Origin: a virus
Strand: one strand, 5' to 3'
DNA length: 64,000 nucleotides
IMG/VR virus record: IMGVR_UViG_3300046779_001735
Span: 1 to 64,000 of that record
The notes below the pieces were generated by a model. That model was not told where the DNA came from and made no database searches. It saw only the letters and a list, made by a program, of their open reading frames with translations. The position numbers and the translations under genes are program-made. Positions 16,568-27,242 of the stretch are shown piece by piece (within the stretch, counting starts at the first letter, position 1; every line of letters begins with the position of its first letter).

Positions 16568-19500
16568 ATGGCAAATGGACCAAAACTATTAAGCGGCCGC
16601 GTTCCAGTAGTTCCTCTTGATCAACTGTCAGCGGACCGGTATCAATATCTGTCTTTAGGACAAGCCGAACCAAATCTTGGCAATGGTGTTGCCAACAGTG
16701 TTCTAGTAATACAGAGCAACGGCAATAGAGTCTGGGCTAACTCACTGACTTTAACCACAGCCGCATTTTCTGGCAATGTAACCGCTGCAAATTTTGTTGG
16801 TAACATATCTGGCAATATCACAGCGCCAGGATCAAACACACAGATTCTATTCAATGATGCAGGTATTGTATCCGGCAACACTGCATTGACGTTTGACAAA
16901 GCAACGTCTACTCTCGCTGTCAGCGGGGATGCTTTAGTCACAGGCAACTTGTCAGTTAACGGCAATCTTGTTTATATCAATGTTGAAAATCTCACCATTG
17001 AAGATCCACTGATCAATCTTGGTCGAGGCGCTAACAATACTCCGTTGACCATGAACGATGGCAAGGATCGCGGTGAGCAATTGTATTATTATACCAGCAG
17101 TGAAAAGTCAGCATTCATAGGATATGACAACTCAGCTGCTAACCTGTTGTTAGCCACTGATGTTAGCATTGTAAATGAAATTGTAACTGTTAATAATTTT
17201 GGTAATGTTACTCTTGGCAATCTTTCTGCACAGTTTGTAACAGCATCGGCAAATATCAATGCAGCTAATATTATCGTATCAAGTAATGTTTTAGCCACAG
17301 GCAACATTTCTGGATCTTATCTATTAGGTAACGGTGCATTATTAACTGGTATTGACACAACCTTGATCTCCAATGGTACCAGCAATCTTAGAGTGACCAC
17401 TGCCGGCGGCAATCTTGCTGCCAATGTGGGCGGCACGGCCAATGTGCTAGTGATCAGCTCTAGCGGTATGGAGATCACAGGCACTTTTAGTGCGACTGGC
17501 AACATCAGCGGCGGCAATGTAACCACAACCGGTGTGGTAACCTCAACAGGCAATGTGAGTGGTGGCAATGTAACCACCGCAGGACAAGTGTCTGCCACAG
17601 GCAACGTATCCGGTAACAATCTATCCGCTGTGAACATCGTATCTGGTAACACAGGATCTTTCACAGGCAATGTTTCAGCTAATCGTTTCATTGGTAACAT
17701 TGACGCCGGCGGCAGCAATACCACAATTCAGTTTAATGACAATGATGAGCTAGCAGGCAGTGTGGCATTTAGTTTTGACAAGTCATCAAATCTTGTTACA
17801 GCTTTGGGTAATATAACAGCCGGTAACCTTAGTACCAGTGGGCATGTCACAGCTACTAGCAATGTTAATGCACCAAGGCTCCGAAGTACCAACACCAACT
17901 TAGCTGCCCCAAGTCCAGGCAACTATAATAGCGAACGTGTAACTCTATATGATTTCAATAACAATGTTAAAACCAATTATGCTATTGGTGTTGAATCTAG
18001 TGCTATTTGGATGGGCGTGGACAGCAATCTTGAAGCTCAAGGCTTCAAATGGTACGGCAACACCACAGAAGTAGCCAGACTCAGCGGAGTTGGTAATCTA
18101 ACGCTGGCAGGCAATCTCATAGCCACTGCTAATGTTGTAGGCGGAAACATCACCACCGCAGGACAAGCAGTTGTAACAGGCAATGTCACAGGCGGTAATT
18201 TAACCACGGTTGGTACTGCCAACATAGGAACTCTTGCAGTCACTGGCAGTGGCAATGTAGTAGGCAACGTTAATGCAGGCAATTTTATCTCTGCTGGTAG
18301 ATTTGGTTGGTCAGGTACCGGATCAAATTCTCGTATCACTAACGATGGATCAATTTCACTAGTTCCGGATACCAGTTACGATGCTACTGCTGGTATACTG
18401 ATTGGGGGCAATGGATATGTGCTAGGTCCTAATGGTTCCCGTAATTTAACTCTAAACTATAACAGTGAAAACGGTGTCGCAGGCGCATACAGACTGGGCG
18501 TGGTTGGCAATCAAGTCCAAGCCATTACCAATTTTGGATCAAACACTGTGGGTACCATTGGCAACAGCACCACTTATTTTGGTAATGCCTATGTAAGTAA
18601 CATTTGGACAGGTATTGTTCAGGCTGCAAACATCACTTCCAGTGGTAACATAGCCGGCAATTTTGTAGCACCTGGCGCCAACCGTGAAATGCTGTTCAAT
18701 GATAACGGATTGATAAGCAGTAATGCCTTGATCACGTTTGATCGTGCTGGTCCTACCTTATCATTAAACACTGCCACAGCCACAATCATCACAGGCTTTG
18801 TATCCAGTCTTGGTGGTAGCGATCTTGCACTGACACCTGCCACAAGTAATTTGGTTATTTGGGCCAGTGCCAATCCAAGATTCAGTAATACTTACACCTT
18901 GGGCACAAGCACCTTTCAATGGCGTAATGTCTGGGCCGGTAATGGAAACATTGCAACACTTGGTGTTACCACTCTTTCAGTTACTGGTAACATTTCCGCA
19001 GGCAATGTAGCTACCACAGGCATAGGCAATATTGGCACGCTAGCGGTCACAGGCACAGCCACTATTACAGGCAATGTCACAGGTGGTAATCTTGCAACCG
19101 CTGGCGGAGTAAATGCCACCGGAAATATCACTGGTGGTAATGTTGTGTCAAATGTAGCACTAACAGCAGTTGGCAACGTCACTGGTGGTAATCTAATCAC
19201 ATCTGGTTTAATAAATGCCACAGGTAATGTAAGTGGCGGTAACCTAACCACAGCAGGTCAAGTTGTTGCCACCGGAAATATCACTGGTGGTAATCTAATC
19301 ACATCTGGTTTGATAAACGCAACTGGTAATGTCAATGGTGGAAACATAAGCACCACTGGTGTGATTAACGCCACTGGCAATATCACTGGTGGTAATGTTG
19401 TGTCAAATGCAGCAGTAACAGCAGTTGGAAACATCTCTGGTGGTAACATTTCTACTGTTGGAATAATACAAGCCACTGGTAACATAAGTTCAAATGCAAA

Positions 19501-22500
19501 TGTAATTGGTGCGAATCTTGCCACGGCAGGCAATGTGTATGGAAACCATTTGATTGCCGCGGCTAACGTTGAAGTTTTAGGAAACAAAATCACGTCTGGT
19601 ACCACTACAGGTATTGAATTTGAAGCTGGCAACGTAAGCCTAATTTCTGGTAACCTAATTGTTGATGGCAACTATATCTATAGTCAGAACGGTGACACTG
19701 CTATTGCACTTGTGAACAATGGTGAAATTGGTAGTATTGGTATCTACAACAATTTACAAGTTGGTAAAGATGGCCAAGGCAATCTTGAGGTGGCAGGCTA
19801 TGCTAATGTAACCAATAATTTAACAGTTGGTGGTAATACCACAGTGATTGGCAATATCACCGGCGGCAATTTAAACACTGGTAATCAAGTTGTGGCCACA
19901 GGTAATATTACTGGCGGCAATATAATCACCAGCGGCAATGTTACATCAACTGGCAATATCAACTCCACGGGAAATGTGGTCGCAGGCAACGTGGTGTCTG
20001 CAAACATTGGCAGCGCAGGTGATATCACTGTGTCTACTTTGGCCAATGGCAACATCAATCTAAACCCTAATGGTGCGGGCAATGTTGTATTGGCATCAGA
20101 TACCTACATCAATAATGTAAGATATCCAGCACAAGACAAAGACGCTGCCTCAAAAATTTATGTTGATACTCTTGCAACGACCTCAATTTCATACCATGAG
20201 GCTGTGTTTGCTGCAACTGTAGCCAATCTAGCCACTGCCACAGGTGGTACTATTACCTATGCACAGCCCAACGGAGCAGGCAACGGTGTGGGAGCCACAA
20301 TTACCACTACTGGATCGTTCAATCTTATTGACACGGCCAATGTGCAAACTGCCAACACACGTATTTTGGTTAAAGACGAAGGTAATGCCGTGCTCAACGG
20401 CATTTATGTTTGGTCAAACGCTACAGCGATAACTCGAAGTGCAGATGCTGATACCTACGGTGTGGCTAGCTCCAACAGAATTGCTATCAATGATTATTTC
20501 TTTGTATCATCAGGCAATGTCAACAAAGGTTCAGCCTACATAGTTGATTCACCTGCAGGTGTAATTACGTTTGGTACCAGCAATATTCAATTTGCACAGT
20601 TTAGCAGTACTCAAGTCTACACTGCTGGAAATGGTATAGATGTATCAGGCACAGTGATTTCAGCCAGGGTGGACAACAATACCACTGCGTTCAACAACAC
20701 TGGTGAGATTATTGTCAAAGCCGGTGCCAATCTAACCACTCCAAATATTGGCGCAGCCACTGGTGTGAGTTTGACTACAACTGGCAATATCACAGCCAAC
20801 AATATCTCTGCCAACAGTTTTCTAGCAGCCACAACAATTAACGCAACAGGAAATATCACAGGTGGAAACATCAACAGCAATGGACTGGCCAACATTGCGG
20901 GCACTGTTGCAACTGGCAATCTCACTGTAACTGGATTTGCCAACATTTCAGGCAATCTAAGTGCAGTTGGTAATATACGTGTTGGTCAAGATTTGAGTTT
21001 TACTGCTGCCTATGCTAACCTCCAATATGCTGGCAGTGCCAACAGTTATGTCCAATTAGTAGCACAAAACAAAGACAACGGATCAGCAGCCAGCACTGAC
21101 TTTGTGGCCACTGCTGACAATGGCACAGACGCAGATACCTATATTGACATGGGTATCAACAGTTCTGGTTATAGTCAAGCAGAATTTGGTTTACAAAAAC
21201 CCAACGATGGTTATTTGTATGTAGCAGGTAACACCACGACCGGTGGTGGCAATCTAGTACTCAGCACACTAGAGAACAACGATATCATATTTTCAACTGG
21301 TGGAGCCAACACCGGTGATGAACAAGGCCGATTCCAGTATGGCAACGGATTCAAGGTCACAGGCAATGTTTATGCAACAGGTAACATACATGCGCCTTGG
21401 TTCATTGGTAACATTTTTGGTAACATTTCAGGTAATCTTACTGTGGTTGGCCCGAACCGTGGAGTTGTGTTCAATGACGACGGTTTTGCTAATTCTGGTG
21501 CAGCATTTACCTTTGACAAATCGTCAAACTTAGTTTCAATCACAGGCAACCTAAGCCTAAGTGGAAATGTCACAGCAAATGGTAATGTTTCTGGAAATTA
21601 TATTCTAGGTAACGGTGCGTTCTTGTCTGGTGTTATTACATCAGTGGCCAATATCAACAACGGCACATCTAATGTTCGCATAGAAACCTCAGGCGGCAAC
21701 ATCATGGCCAACGTTGGTGGAACAGCCAACGTTTTGACTCTAGCATCAACTGGCGCATACGTTGATGGACTAATCAATGCCACTGGCAACATCACTGGTG
21801 CGAACATATTCACCGCTGGTATAGTCAGTGCCACAGGCAACATCACTGGCGGCAACCTCATCACATCCGGTCAAATTCTCGCAACTGGCAACGTAACCGG
21901 AAATTATTTCTATGGTAATGGTTATTTCTTAAATGGTGTGGCACTTGATGTTGCTAGAATTTACAATGGCTCATCAAACGTGCGCATTGACACCTCCGGC
22001 GGTAACATTTTGGCCAATGTTGGCGGTGTTGCTAATGTGTTTGCGATTACCACTGTGGGCGCCAATGTAAGTGGCAACCTAGATGTTACTGGAAATGTCA
22101 GTGCAAACTATTACCTAGGCAATGGTGCATTCCTAACAGGAGTTATTACTTCTGTTGCTAATATCAACAATGGCACTTCAAACGTGCGTATTGACACAGC
22201 AGGTGGCAATATCTATGCCAATGTTGGTGGCTCGGCTAACGTTGTTGAAATTTCTAGTAATGCACTAACGGTCAATGGTAACATTGAATCTGTAAATGGT
22301 TACTTTGTTGGTAACGGTGTGTTCTTAACCGGTGTTGTGGCGTCAAGCTCAAACAGCACTGGTGTAACCAATATCAACTATGGTCTAAGCAATGTAAGAA
22401 TTGACACCCCTGGTGGTAATATTTCAGCTAACGTAGGCAGCAGTGCCAACGTGCTGGTACTGACCACAAATGGTGCAAACATCACTGGTAATCTTGCTGT

Positions 22501-25012
22501 AACTGGAAATGTCAGTGCCAGTTACTATATTGGTAATGGTAGTCAATTAACAGGCCTAGTACTGGGCAGTAGTTCAAACATTGCAAATGGTACCAGTAAT
22601 GTAAATATTCCCACAGCTAATGGCAATGTGAACACCACTGTTGGCGGCACAGCCAATGTGTTTGTTGTAACTGCAGGCGGTGCCAACGTTCTTGGCAATC
22701 TTGCAGTAACAGACACAGTTAGTGCGGCATTCTTAATTGGTAATGCAAATGCTAGCAGTCTGACATCTGGAACAGTACCCAGTGGTAGATTGACCGGCAC
22801 TTACGCTATTGACATCAGCGGTCATGCAAACACTGCAAACACAGTTACAGATGCAAGTCAGCCAAACATCACCAGTGTTGGTACTCTAAACAGCCTAACA
22901 GTCACTGGTAATATCACAACCACGACAGGCAATATCAGTGGCGGCAACTTATTAACCACAGGTATAGTACAGGCCACAGCCAACATCACAGGTGGTAATC
23001 TTGTTACTGCTGGGCAAGTAGTGGCCACTGGAAATGTCGTTGGCAACTATTTTATTGGCAATGGTGCATTTCTAACTGGTATTGATACCACACTGATCAG
23101 CAATGGCACCAGCAATGTAAAAATTGTTTCTGCCAACGGCAACGCCACAGTCAATATTGATGGCACCAGCAATGTTGCTGTGTTTGCCAATACTGGAATT
23201 TATGTCACTGGATTAGCCAGTGTATCAGGAAATGTTGTTGGTGGCAACCTAAGCACTGCTGGACAAATTAGCGCAACAGGCAACATCACTGGCGGTAATC
23301 TTGTATCCAATGCCGCAGTATCCGCAGTCACAGTTGCAGCAACTGGCAATGTGTCAGGCGGCAATATTACCACAGTTGGTTTAGTATCAGCTACGGGCAA
23401 CGTTTCTGGCGGTAATGTTACAACCACTGGCAACATAGACGCCACTGGCAATATTTCTACTGGTGGATCAATCAACGCCACTGCTAATGTAAATGCAACA
23501 AACTTCTTTGCCAATGGCGCAGTGAGTGCAACAACAACTATCACAGCCAATGGCAATATAACTGGTGCAAATGTGTTGTCAAATGCTGCTGTGATCGCTA
23601 CAGGCAATGTAAGTGGTGCAAATATCACTACCACAGGCGTAGTTGATGCCACTGGCAACATCACTGGCGGTAATGTTACAACCACTGGTATAGCCAACAT
23701 TGGAACACTTCAAGTTACTGGCACTGCGAATATTGTAGGCAATACCAATGTTACCAGCAATATTGCTGGTGGCAACATTTTGACCACAGGACTTATCACA
23801 GCTACTGGTAATATCACCGGCGGCAATCTCATTACCAGTGGCGATGCAGTGATTGCAGGCAATCTTACAGTTTCGGGCAATACCACTTATGTCAACGTAA
23901 CCGAACTTAATGTTGAAGATCCAATTATTGGACTCGGACGCAACGCCAATAACACTCCTTTAACAGTAGATGATGGCAAAGATCGTGGCACACAACTTTG
24001 GTATTACAGCAGCGCAGAAAAATCTGCATTTATTGGCTACGACAACAGTGCAACCAAACTTATTGCAGCTAGCAATGTAACCATTGCCAATGAATTGGTT
24101 ACTGTAAACGATTACGGTAACTTCCAAGTAGGCATGCTAGAAGCGGCTAATGCCAATGTAACAGGAAATATTAATACTCAAGGTATAGTGGCCAGCGGAA
24201 ACATTTCTGGCAACTACTACTTTGGCAATGCTGTGAACATGACTGGTATTGCCACAGCTACTTCGGTTTATAGCACAATTAATCTCACAGGCAATGTCAC
24301 TGGTAACAGTGCTGGCAATGTTACACTACGAGCTGCTAATAGTCAAGGTAATCTAAATCTACAAAGCGGCAATGGTATTACCATGTCAGGCAATGCCACT
24401 AATGGCAACTTAATCATTGCTATAATTGGTAGCACCAATGATGGCACCTTCTGGGGAGCAGGTGGAGATGCTGGTCTTGTCACTGACGCTGTAACCGAAA
24501 CCGTAGACAATGGTCTAATTACAGATGCAGTAACATCGTCTTACGACCTTGGGGTGTTTGAATACGGTGGTGGTACTGGTGGCGGCACTCTCACCGCAGC
24601 CACTATCGCACCAAGCAGTCCAGCTGTAGGTGATCAGTGGATTGATACGTCAGATGGCACATTGTATCTGTACTTTAATGATGGCAACAGCAATCAATGG
24701 GCACAGATGGCATCAGTATACAGCATTAACCAGACCCCTGATCTGACTGATGTTGGCAGCAATTTGATACCGTCCAGCAATGTTACCTATAACATTGGTA
24801 ACACAACCAATTCATGGAACACAATTTATGCAAGTGCCCTGGTAACTAGTGCAAATGCAAATATTTCCGGCAACATAGCAGCCGGAAATATCAGTGCCAC
24901 TGGTAACATTTTGGCTAGTTACGTACTAGGCAATGGTAGTCAGCTTTCAGGTATCTCAACGGGTATATCAACTGGCAAAGCTATCGCAATGAACATAGTA
25001 TTTGGAGGATAA
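16568..25012 (+). CDS. Giant repeat-rich tail fibre/adhesin (2814 aa)
   Basis: Dozens of (A/V)TGN(I/V)(T/S)GGN repeats, repeated GNG..LTG.-ISNGTSNV modules, duplicated EDP.I.LGR..DGKDRG domain. Confidence 0.85.
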   Translation: MANGPKLLSGRVPVVPLDQLSADRYQYLSLGQAEPNLGNGVANSVLVIQSNGNRVWANSLTLTTAAFSGNVTAANFVGNISGNITAPGSNTQILFNDAGIVSGNTALTFDKATSTLAVSGDALVTGNLSVNGNLVYINVENLTIEDPLINLGRGANNTPLTMNDGKDRGEQLYYYTSSEKSAFIGYDNSAANLLLATDVSIVNEIVTVNNFGNVTLGNLSAQFVTASANINAANIIVSSNVLATGNISGSYLLGNGALLTGIDTTLISNGTSNLRVTTAGGNLAANVGGTANVLVISSSGMEITGTFSATGNISGGNVTTTGVVTSTGNVSGGNVTTAGQVSATGNVSGNNLSAVNIVSGNTGSFTGNVSANRFIGNIDAGGSNTTIQFNDNDELAGSVAFSFDKSSNLVTALGNITAGNLSTSGHVTATSNVNAPRLRSTNTNLAAPSPGNYNSERVTLYDFNNNVKTNYAIGVESSAIWMGVDSNLEAQGFKWYGNTTEVARLSGVGNLTLAGNLIATANVVGGNITTAGQAVVTGNVTGGNLTTVGTANIGTLAVTGSGNVVGNVNAGNFISAGRFGWSGTGSNSRITNDGSISLVPDTSYDATAGILIGGNGYVLGPNGSRNLTLNYNSENGVAGAYRLGVVGNQVQAITNFGSNTVGTIGNSTTYFGNAYVSNIWTGIVQAANITSSGNIAGNFVAPGANREMLFNDNGLISSNALITFDRAGPTLSLNTATATIITGFVSSLGGSDLALTPATSNLVIWASANPRFSNTYTLGTSTFQWRNVWAGNGNIATLGVTTLSVTGNISAGNVATTGIGNIGTLAVTGTATITGNVTGGNLATAGGVNATGNITGGNVVSNVALTAVGNVTGGNLITSGLINATGNVSGGNLTTAGQVVATGNITGGNLITSGLINATGNVNGGNISTTGVINATGNITGGNVVSNAAVTAVGNISGGNISTVGIIQATGNISSNANVIGANLATAGNVYGNHLIAAANVEVLGNKITSGTTTGIEFEAGNVSLISGNLIVDGNYIYSQNGDTAIALVNNGEIGSIGIYNNLQVGKDGQGNLEVAGYANVTNNLTVGGNTTVIGNITGGNLNTGNQVVATGNITGGNIITSGNVTSTGNINSTGNVVAGNVVSANIGSAGDITVSTLANGNINLNPNGAGNVVLASDTYINNVRYPAQDKDAASKIYVDTLATTSISYHEAVFAATVANLATATGGTITYAQPNGAGNGVGATITTTGSFNLIDTANVQTANTRILVKDEGNAVLNGIYVWSNATAITRSADADTYGVASSNRIAINDYFFVSSGNVNKGSAYIVDSPAGVITFGTSNIQFAQFSSTQVYTAGNGIDVSGTVISARVDNNTTAFNNTGEIIVKAGANLTTPNIGAATGVSLTTTGNITANNISANSFLAATTINATGNITGGNINSNGLANIAGTVATGNLTVTGFANISGNLSAVGNIRVGQDLSFTAAYANLQYAGSANSYVQLVAQNKDNGSAASTDFVATADNGTDADTYIDMGINSSGYSQAEFGLQKPNDGYLYVAGNTTTGGGNLVLSTLENNDIIFSTGGANTGDEQGRFQYGNGFKVTGNVYATGNIHAPWFIGNIFGNISGNLTVVGPNRGVVFNDDGFANSGAAFTFDKSSNLVSITGNLSLSGNVTANGNVSGNYILGNGAFLSGVITSVANINNGTSNVRIETSGGNIMANVGGTANVLTLASTGAYVDGLINATGNITGANIFTAGIVSATGNITGGNLITSGQILATGNVTGNYFYGNGYFLNGVALDVARIYNGSSNVRIDTSGGNILANVGGVANVFAITTVGANVSGNLDVTGNVSANYYLGNGAFLTGVITSVANINNGTSNVRIDTAGGNIYANVGGSANVVEISSNALTVNGNIESVNGYFVGNGVFLTGVVASSSNSTGVTNINYGLSNVRIDTPGGNISANVGSSANVLVLTTNGANITGNLAVTGNVSASYYIGNGSQLTGLVLGSSSNIANGTSNVNIPTANGNVNTTVGGTANVFVVTAGGANVLGNLAVTDTVSAAFLIGNANASSLTSGTVPSGRLTGTYAIDISGHANTANTVTDASQPNITSVGTLNSLTVTGNITTTTGNISGGNLLTTGIVQATANITGGNLVTAGQVVATGNVVGNYFIGNGAFLTGIDTTLISNGTSNVKIVSANGNATVNIDGTSNVAVFANTGIYVTGLASVSGNVVGGNLSTAGQISATGNITGGNLVSNAAVSAVTVAATGNVSGGNITTVGLVSATGNVSGGNVTTTGNIDATGNISTGGSINATANVNATNFFANGAVSATTTITANGNITGANVLSNAAVIATGNVSGANITTTGVVDATGNITGGNVTTTGIANIGTLQVTGTANIVGNTNVTSNIAGGNILTTGLITATGNITGGNLITSGDAVIAGNLTVSGNTTYVNVTELNVEDPIIGLGRNANNTPLTVDDGKDRGTQLWYYSSAEKSAFIGYDNSATKLIAASNVTIANELVTVNDYGNFQVGMLEAANANVTGNINTQGIVASGNISGNYYFGNAVNMTGIATATSVYSTINLTGNVTGNSAGNVTLRAANSQGNLNLQSGNGITMSGNATNGNLIIAIIGSTNDGTFWGAGGDAGLVTDAVTETVDNGLITDAVTSSYDLGVFEYGGGTGGGTLTAATIAPSSPAVGDQWIDTSDGTLYLYFNDGNSNQWAQMASVYSINQTPDLTDVGSNLIPSSNVTYNIGNTTNSWNTIYASALVTSANANISGNIAAGNISATGNILASYVLGNGSQLSGISTGISTGKAIAMNIVFGG

Positions 25013-25013
25013 A

Positions 25014-25373
25014 ATGGCAAACCCTAACATTGTAAATGTTAATACAATTACTGGACAAACCGCATTAGCAAACGCAACTTCAGTTCTAGCTAACATAGTC
25101 ACAAACGGTGCAAGTTCTGGCGCGGTATTGAAACTAAACACAGTGACACTGGCAAACTTTTCAACAGGCAATGTATACTGTAATGTGATCATAAACCGTA
25201 CCGGAGTAGGCAGTTATTACCAACTTGGCAATGCTTTAATTCCAGCACAATCAACCATGGTTGTAGTAGGTAAAGATACCCCAATCTATCTGCTGGAAGG
25301 AGATGTGATACAAAGTAATGTCAGTGCTAATGGTGCTGTGACTATCACAGCATCCTATGAACAGATTAGCTAA
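25014..25373 (+). CDS. Small virion/fibre-associated protein
   Basis: GGAGG Shine-Dalgarno before ATG 25014; MANPNIVNV..IYLLEGD..SYEQIS. Confidence 0.7.
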   Translation: MANPNIVNVNTITGQTALANATSVLANIVTNGASSGAVLKLNTVTLANFSTGNVYCNVIINRTGVGSYYQLGNALIPAQSTMVVVGKDTPIYLLEGDVIQSNVSANGAVTITASYEQIS

Positions 25374-25375
25374 AC

Positions 25376-26353
25376 ATGCCAAGACAAAGACCTAATTATG
25401 GTGTAATAGGCTCAAGACGTGTTGCGGCAAACAGCGTGCCTCAAGGCATAGTTTCTAGAACCGACATGCAGCTTTTTAACATACCTGCAGATTTAGTGGC
25501 TTTAACAGTCTATGCATGGGGAGCAGGTGGCGGTGGTGGACAAGCAGGTGGCTGGAGTTATGGTGCACCCGGCGGTGGAGGCGGTGCAGTGCAAGGTGTC
25601 TATGCCTTGACAGCCACTACAACGTTCGCTATTATGGTAGGCGGACCAGGAGTGACTAACGGTACATCCAGTCCTGCTGGAGGTGGAGGACCTGTGATTG
25701 GTGGTGGGGACAATCGGTACGGTGCTTCAGGTGGCGGCCTAAGCGGGTTTTTTTTAGGCAGTTACACTCAGGCCAATGCACTGTTAATAGCTGGTGGAGG
25801 TGGAGGCGGTGGATCAAGTCGTGCTGGAACAGGTAATCAAGGCGGAGCAGGTGGCGGCACTAACGGTGAAAACGGATATAGTCCTTATGATGGCAAAACA
25901 GATTGGCGCGGGCAAGGTGGAACACAGTTTGCGGCTGGCGGAGTGATTAATAATTCATCATCAGGTCAAGGTGCTCTACAAGGTGGTACTTGTACAGCTG
26001 GTTCCGGATATGGCGGTGGTGGTGGCGGAGGTTATTGGGGCGGTTCCGGTGGCGGGTATTCCGAATCAAATACCATGAGTGGCGGTGGTGGTGGATCCGG
26101 ATATCTGGCTGCTAGTATCACGCAGGGTGTGTTGACCGCAGGAACAGCAACTACCCCAGGAGATAGTAGCAATCCGCTGCGTGGATCATATGGTAATGCA
26201 GGTGCAGTCGCAAGTACAGGTACTCAAGGTGTTGTAATCGTACAGTATCCTGGGGCACAACGGGGAACTGGTGGAACAATCACCACAGTGGATGGAAACA
26301 CCAGGCACACCTTTACTGATACAGGTGCTACTAGTTTCACTTTGACCTTTTGA
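25376..26353 (+). CDS. Glycine-rich domain protein (putative receptor-binding/adhesin)
   Basis: YAWGAGGGGG, LLIAGGGGGGG, GGGGGGGYWGG, GVVIVQY motifs. Confidence 0.75.
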   Translation: MPRQRPNYGVIGSRRVAANSVPQGIVSRTDMQLFNIPADLVALTVYAWGAGGGGGQAGGWSYGAPGGGGGAVQGVYALTATTTFAIMVGGPGVTNGTSSPAGGGGPVIGGGDNRYGASGGGLSGFFLGSYTQANALLIAGGGGGGGSSRAGTGNQGGAGGGTNGENGYSPYDGKTDWRGQGGTQFAAGGVINNSSSGQGALQGGTCTAGSGYGGGGGGGYWGGSGGGYSESNTMSGGGGGSGYLAASITQGVLTAGTATTPGDSSNPLRGSYGNAGAVASTGTQGVVIVQYPGAQRGTGGTITTVDGNTRHTFTDTGATSFTLTF

Positions 26354-26395
26354 TAGTGAAAACTATGCATATAAATATAAGAATACTCAAACACT

Positions 26396-26911
26396 ATGGC
26401 TATTTTAGACTTTCCAACTAATCCTACTACAGGTGACATTTACAACCTAGACACTAGATCTTGGCAATGGACCGGCACGGCATGGAAATTGTTAGCCACT
26501 AACTCAATCAATAACACGCCAGTGGGCAACGCTACAGCCAACACCGGTGCTTTTACCACGCTTGTGGTCACAGGCAACATCACCAGTAGTTCAGGTTATA
26601 TTCTAGGTAACGGTGCCTTGCTTACTGGTGTTATAACCAGCGTGGCCAATATCAACAGCGGAACATCTAACCTACGAGTTGAATCTTCAAGTGGAAATAT
26701 TTTTGCAAACGTTGGCGGTGTGGCTAATGTTTTTGGTATTACCACAGTTGGGGCCAATGTAACAGGAAACCTTGGGATCACTGGAAATGTGTCAGCAGGT
26801 AATGTAACCACCACAGGAAATGTCAGTGCAAACTATGTATTAGGTAATGGCGCAGAACTTACTGGAATCACTGTCACAACTCTTAGTCCATTTTTATTAG
26901 CAGGAATGTAA
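26396..26911 (+). CDS. Short fibre adaptor protein sharing modules with the giant fibre
   Basis: FPTNPTTGD..WQWTGTAW anchor; YILGNG..TGVITSVANIN.GTSN module; TATAAATA at 26370. Confidence 0.7.
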   Translation: MAILDFPTNPTTGDIYNLDTRSWQWTGTAWKLLATNSINNTPVGNATANTGAFTTLVVTGNITSSSGYILGNGALLTGVITSVANINSGTSNLRVESSSGNIFANVGGVANVFGITTVGANVTGNLGITGNVSAGNVTTTGNVSANYVLGNGAELTGITVTTLSPFLLAGM

Positions 26912-26912
26912 A

Positions 26913-27242
26913 ATGCCAACAACATACAAAATTTTAGGTCAACAGAATCCCAGCGCAAGCACATTGACCACTGTGTACACAGTACCTGCAGCGACACAAG
27001 CAGTGGTTAGCACAATCACCTGTGCTAATTTTGGAGCCACTTCAAGCAACGTATCTTTGTCTGTGCATGTTGCCAATGCAGCGTGGGCAGCAAATATGCA
27101 GATAGCCAACAATATTTCAGTGAGTACTCAAAACAGTCTAGCACTTACTCTTGGTGTGACACTTGGAGCTGGTGACACCATCAGAGCTAATTGTTCAACC
27201 GCAAATATTGCTGTGAATATTTTTGGGTCAGAGGTAAGTTAA
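26913..27242 (+). CDS. Small virion protein
   Basis: MPTTYKILGQ..VYTVPA..AVVSTI..GVTLGAGD..FGSE. Confidence 0.7.
   Translation: MPTTYKILGQQNPSASTLTTVYTVPAATQAVVSTITCANFGATSSNVSLSVHVANAAWAANMQIANNISVSTQNSLALTLGVTLGAGDTIRANCSTANIAVNIFGSEVS

Noticed and set aside
19050-19500. Periodic repeats resembling a CRISPR array
   Set aside because: In-frame, degenerate coding repeats with no unique spacers and no cas genes.
16600-24000. Many antisense ORFs rich in LPPV..PVA
   Set aside because: Shadows of the repetitive GGN/AAY/ACN codons of the fibre gene; no start signals.
16568-25012. Dense N-x-S/T sequons suggesting N-glycosylation
   Set aside because: Explained by the GN(I/V)(T/S) beta-repeat composition; no oligosaccharyltransferase seen.
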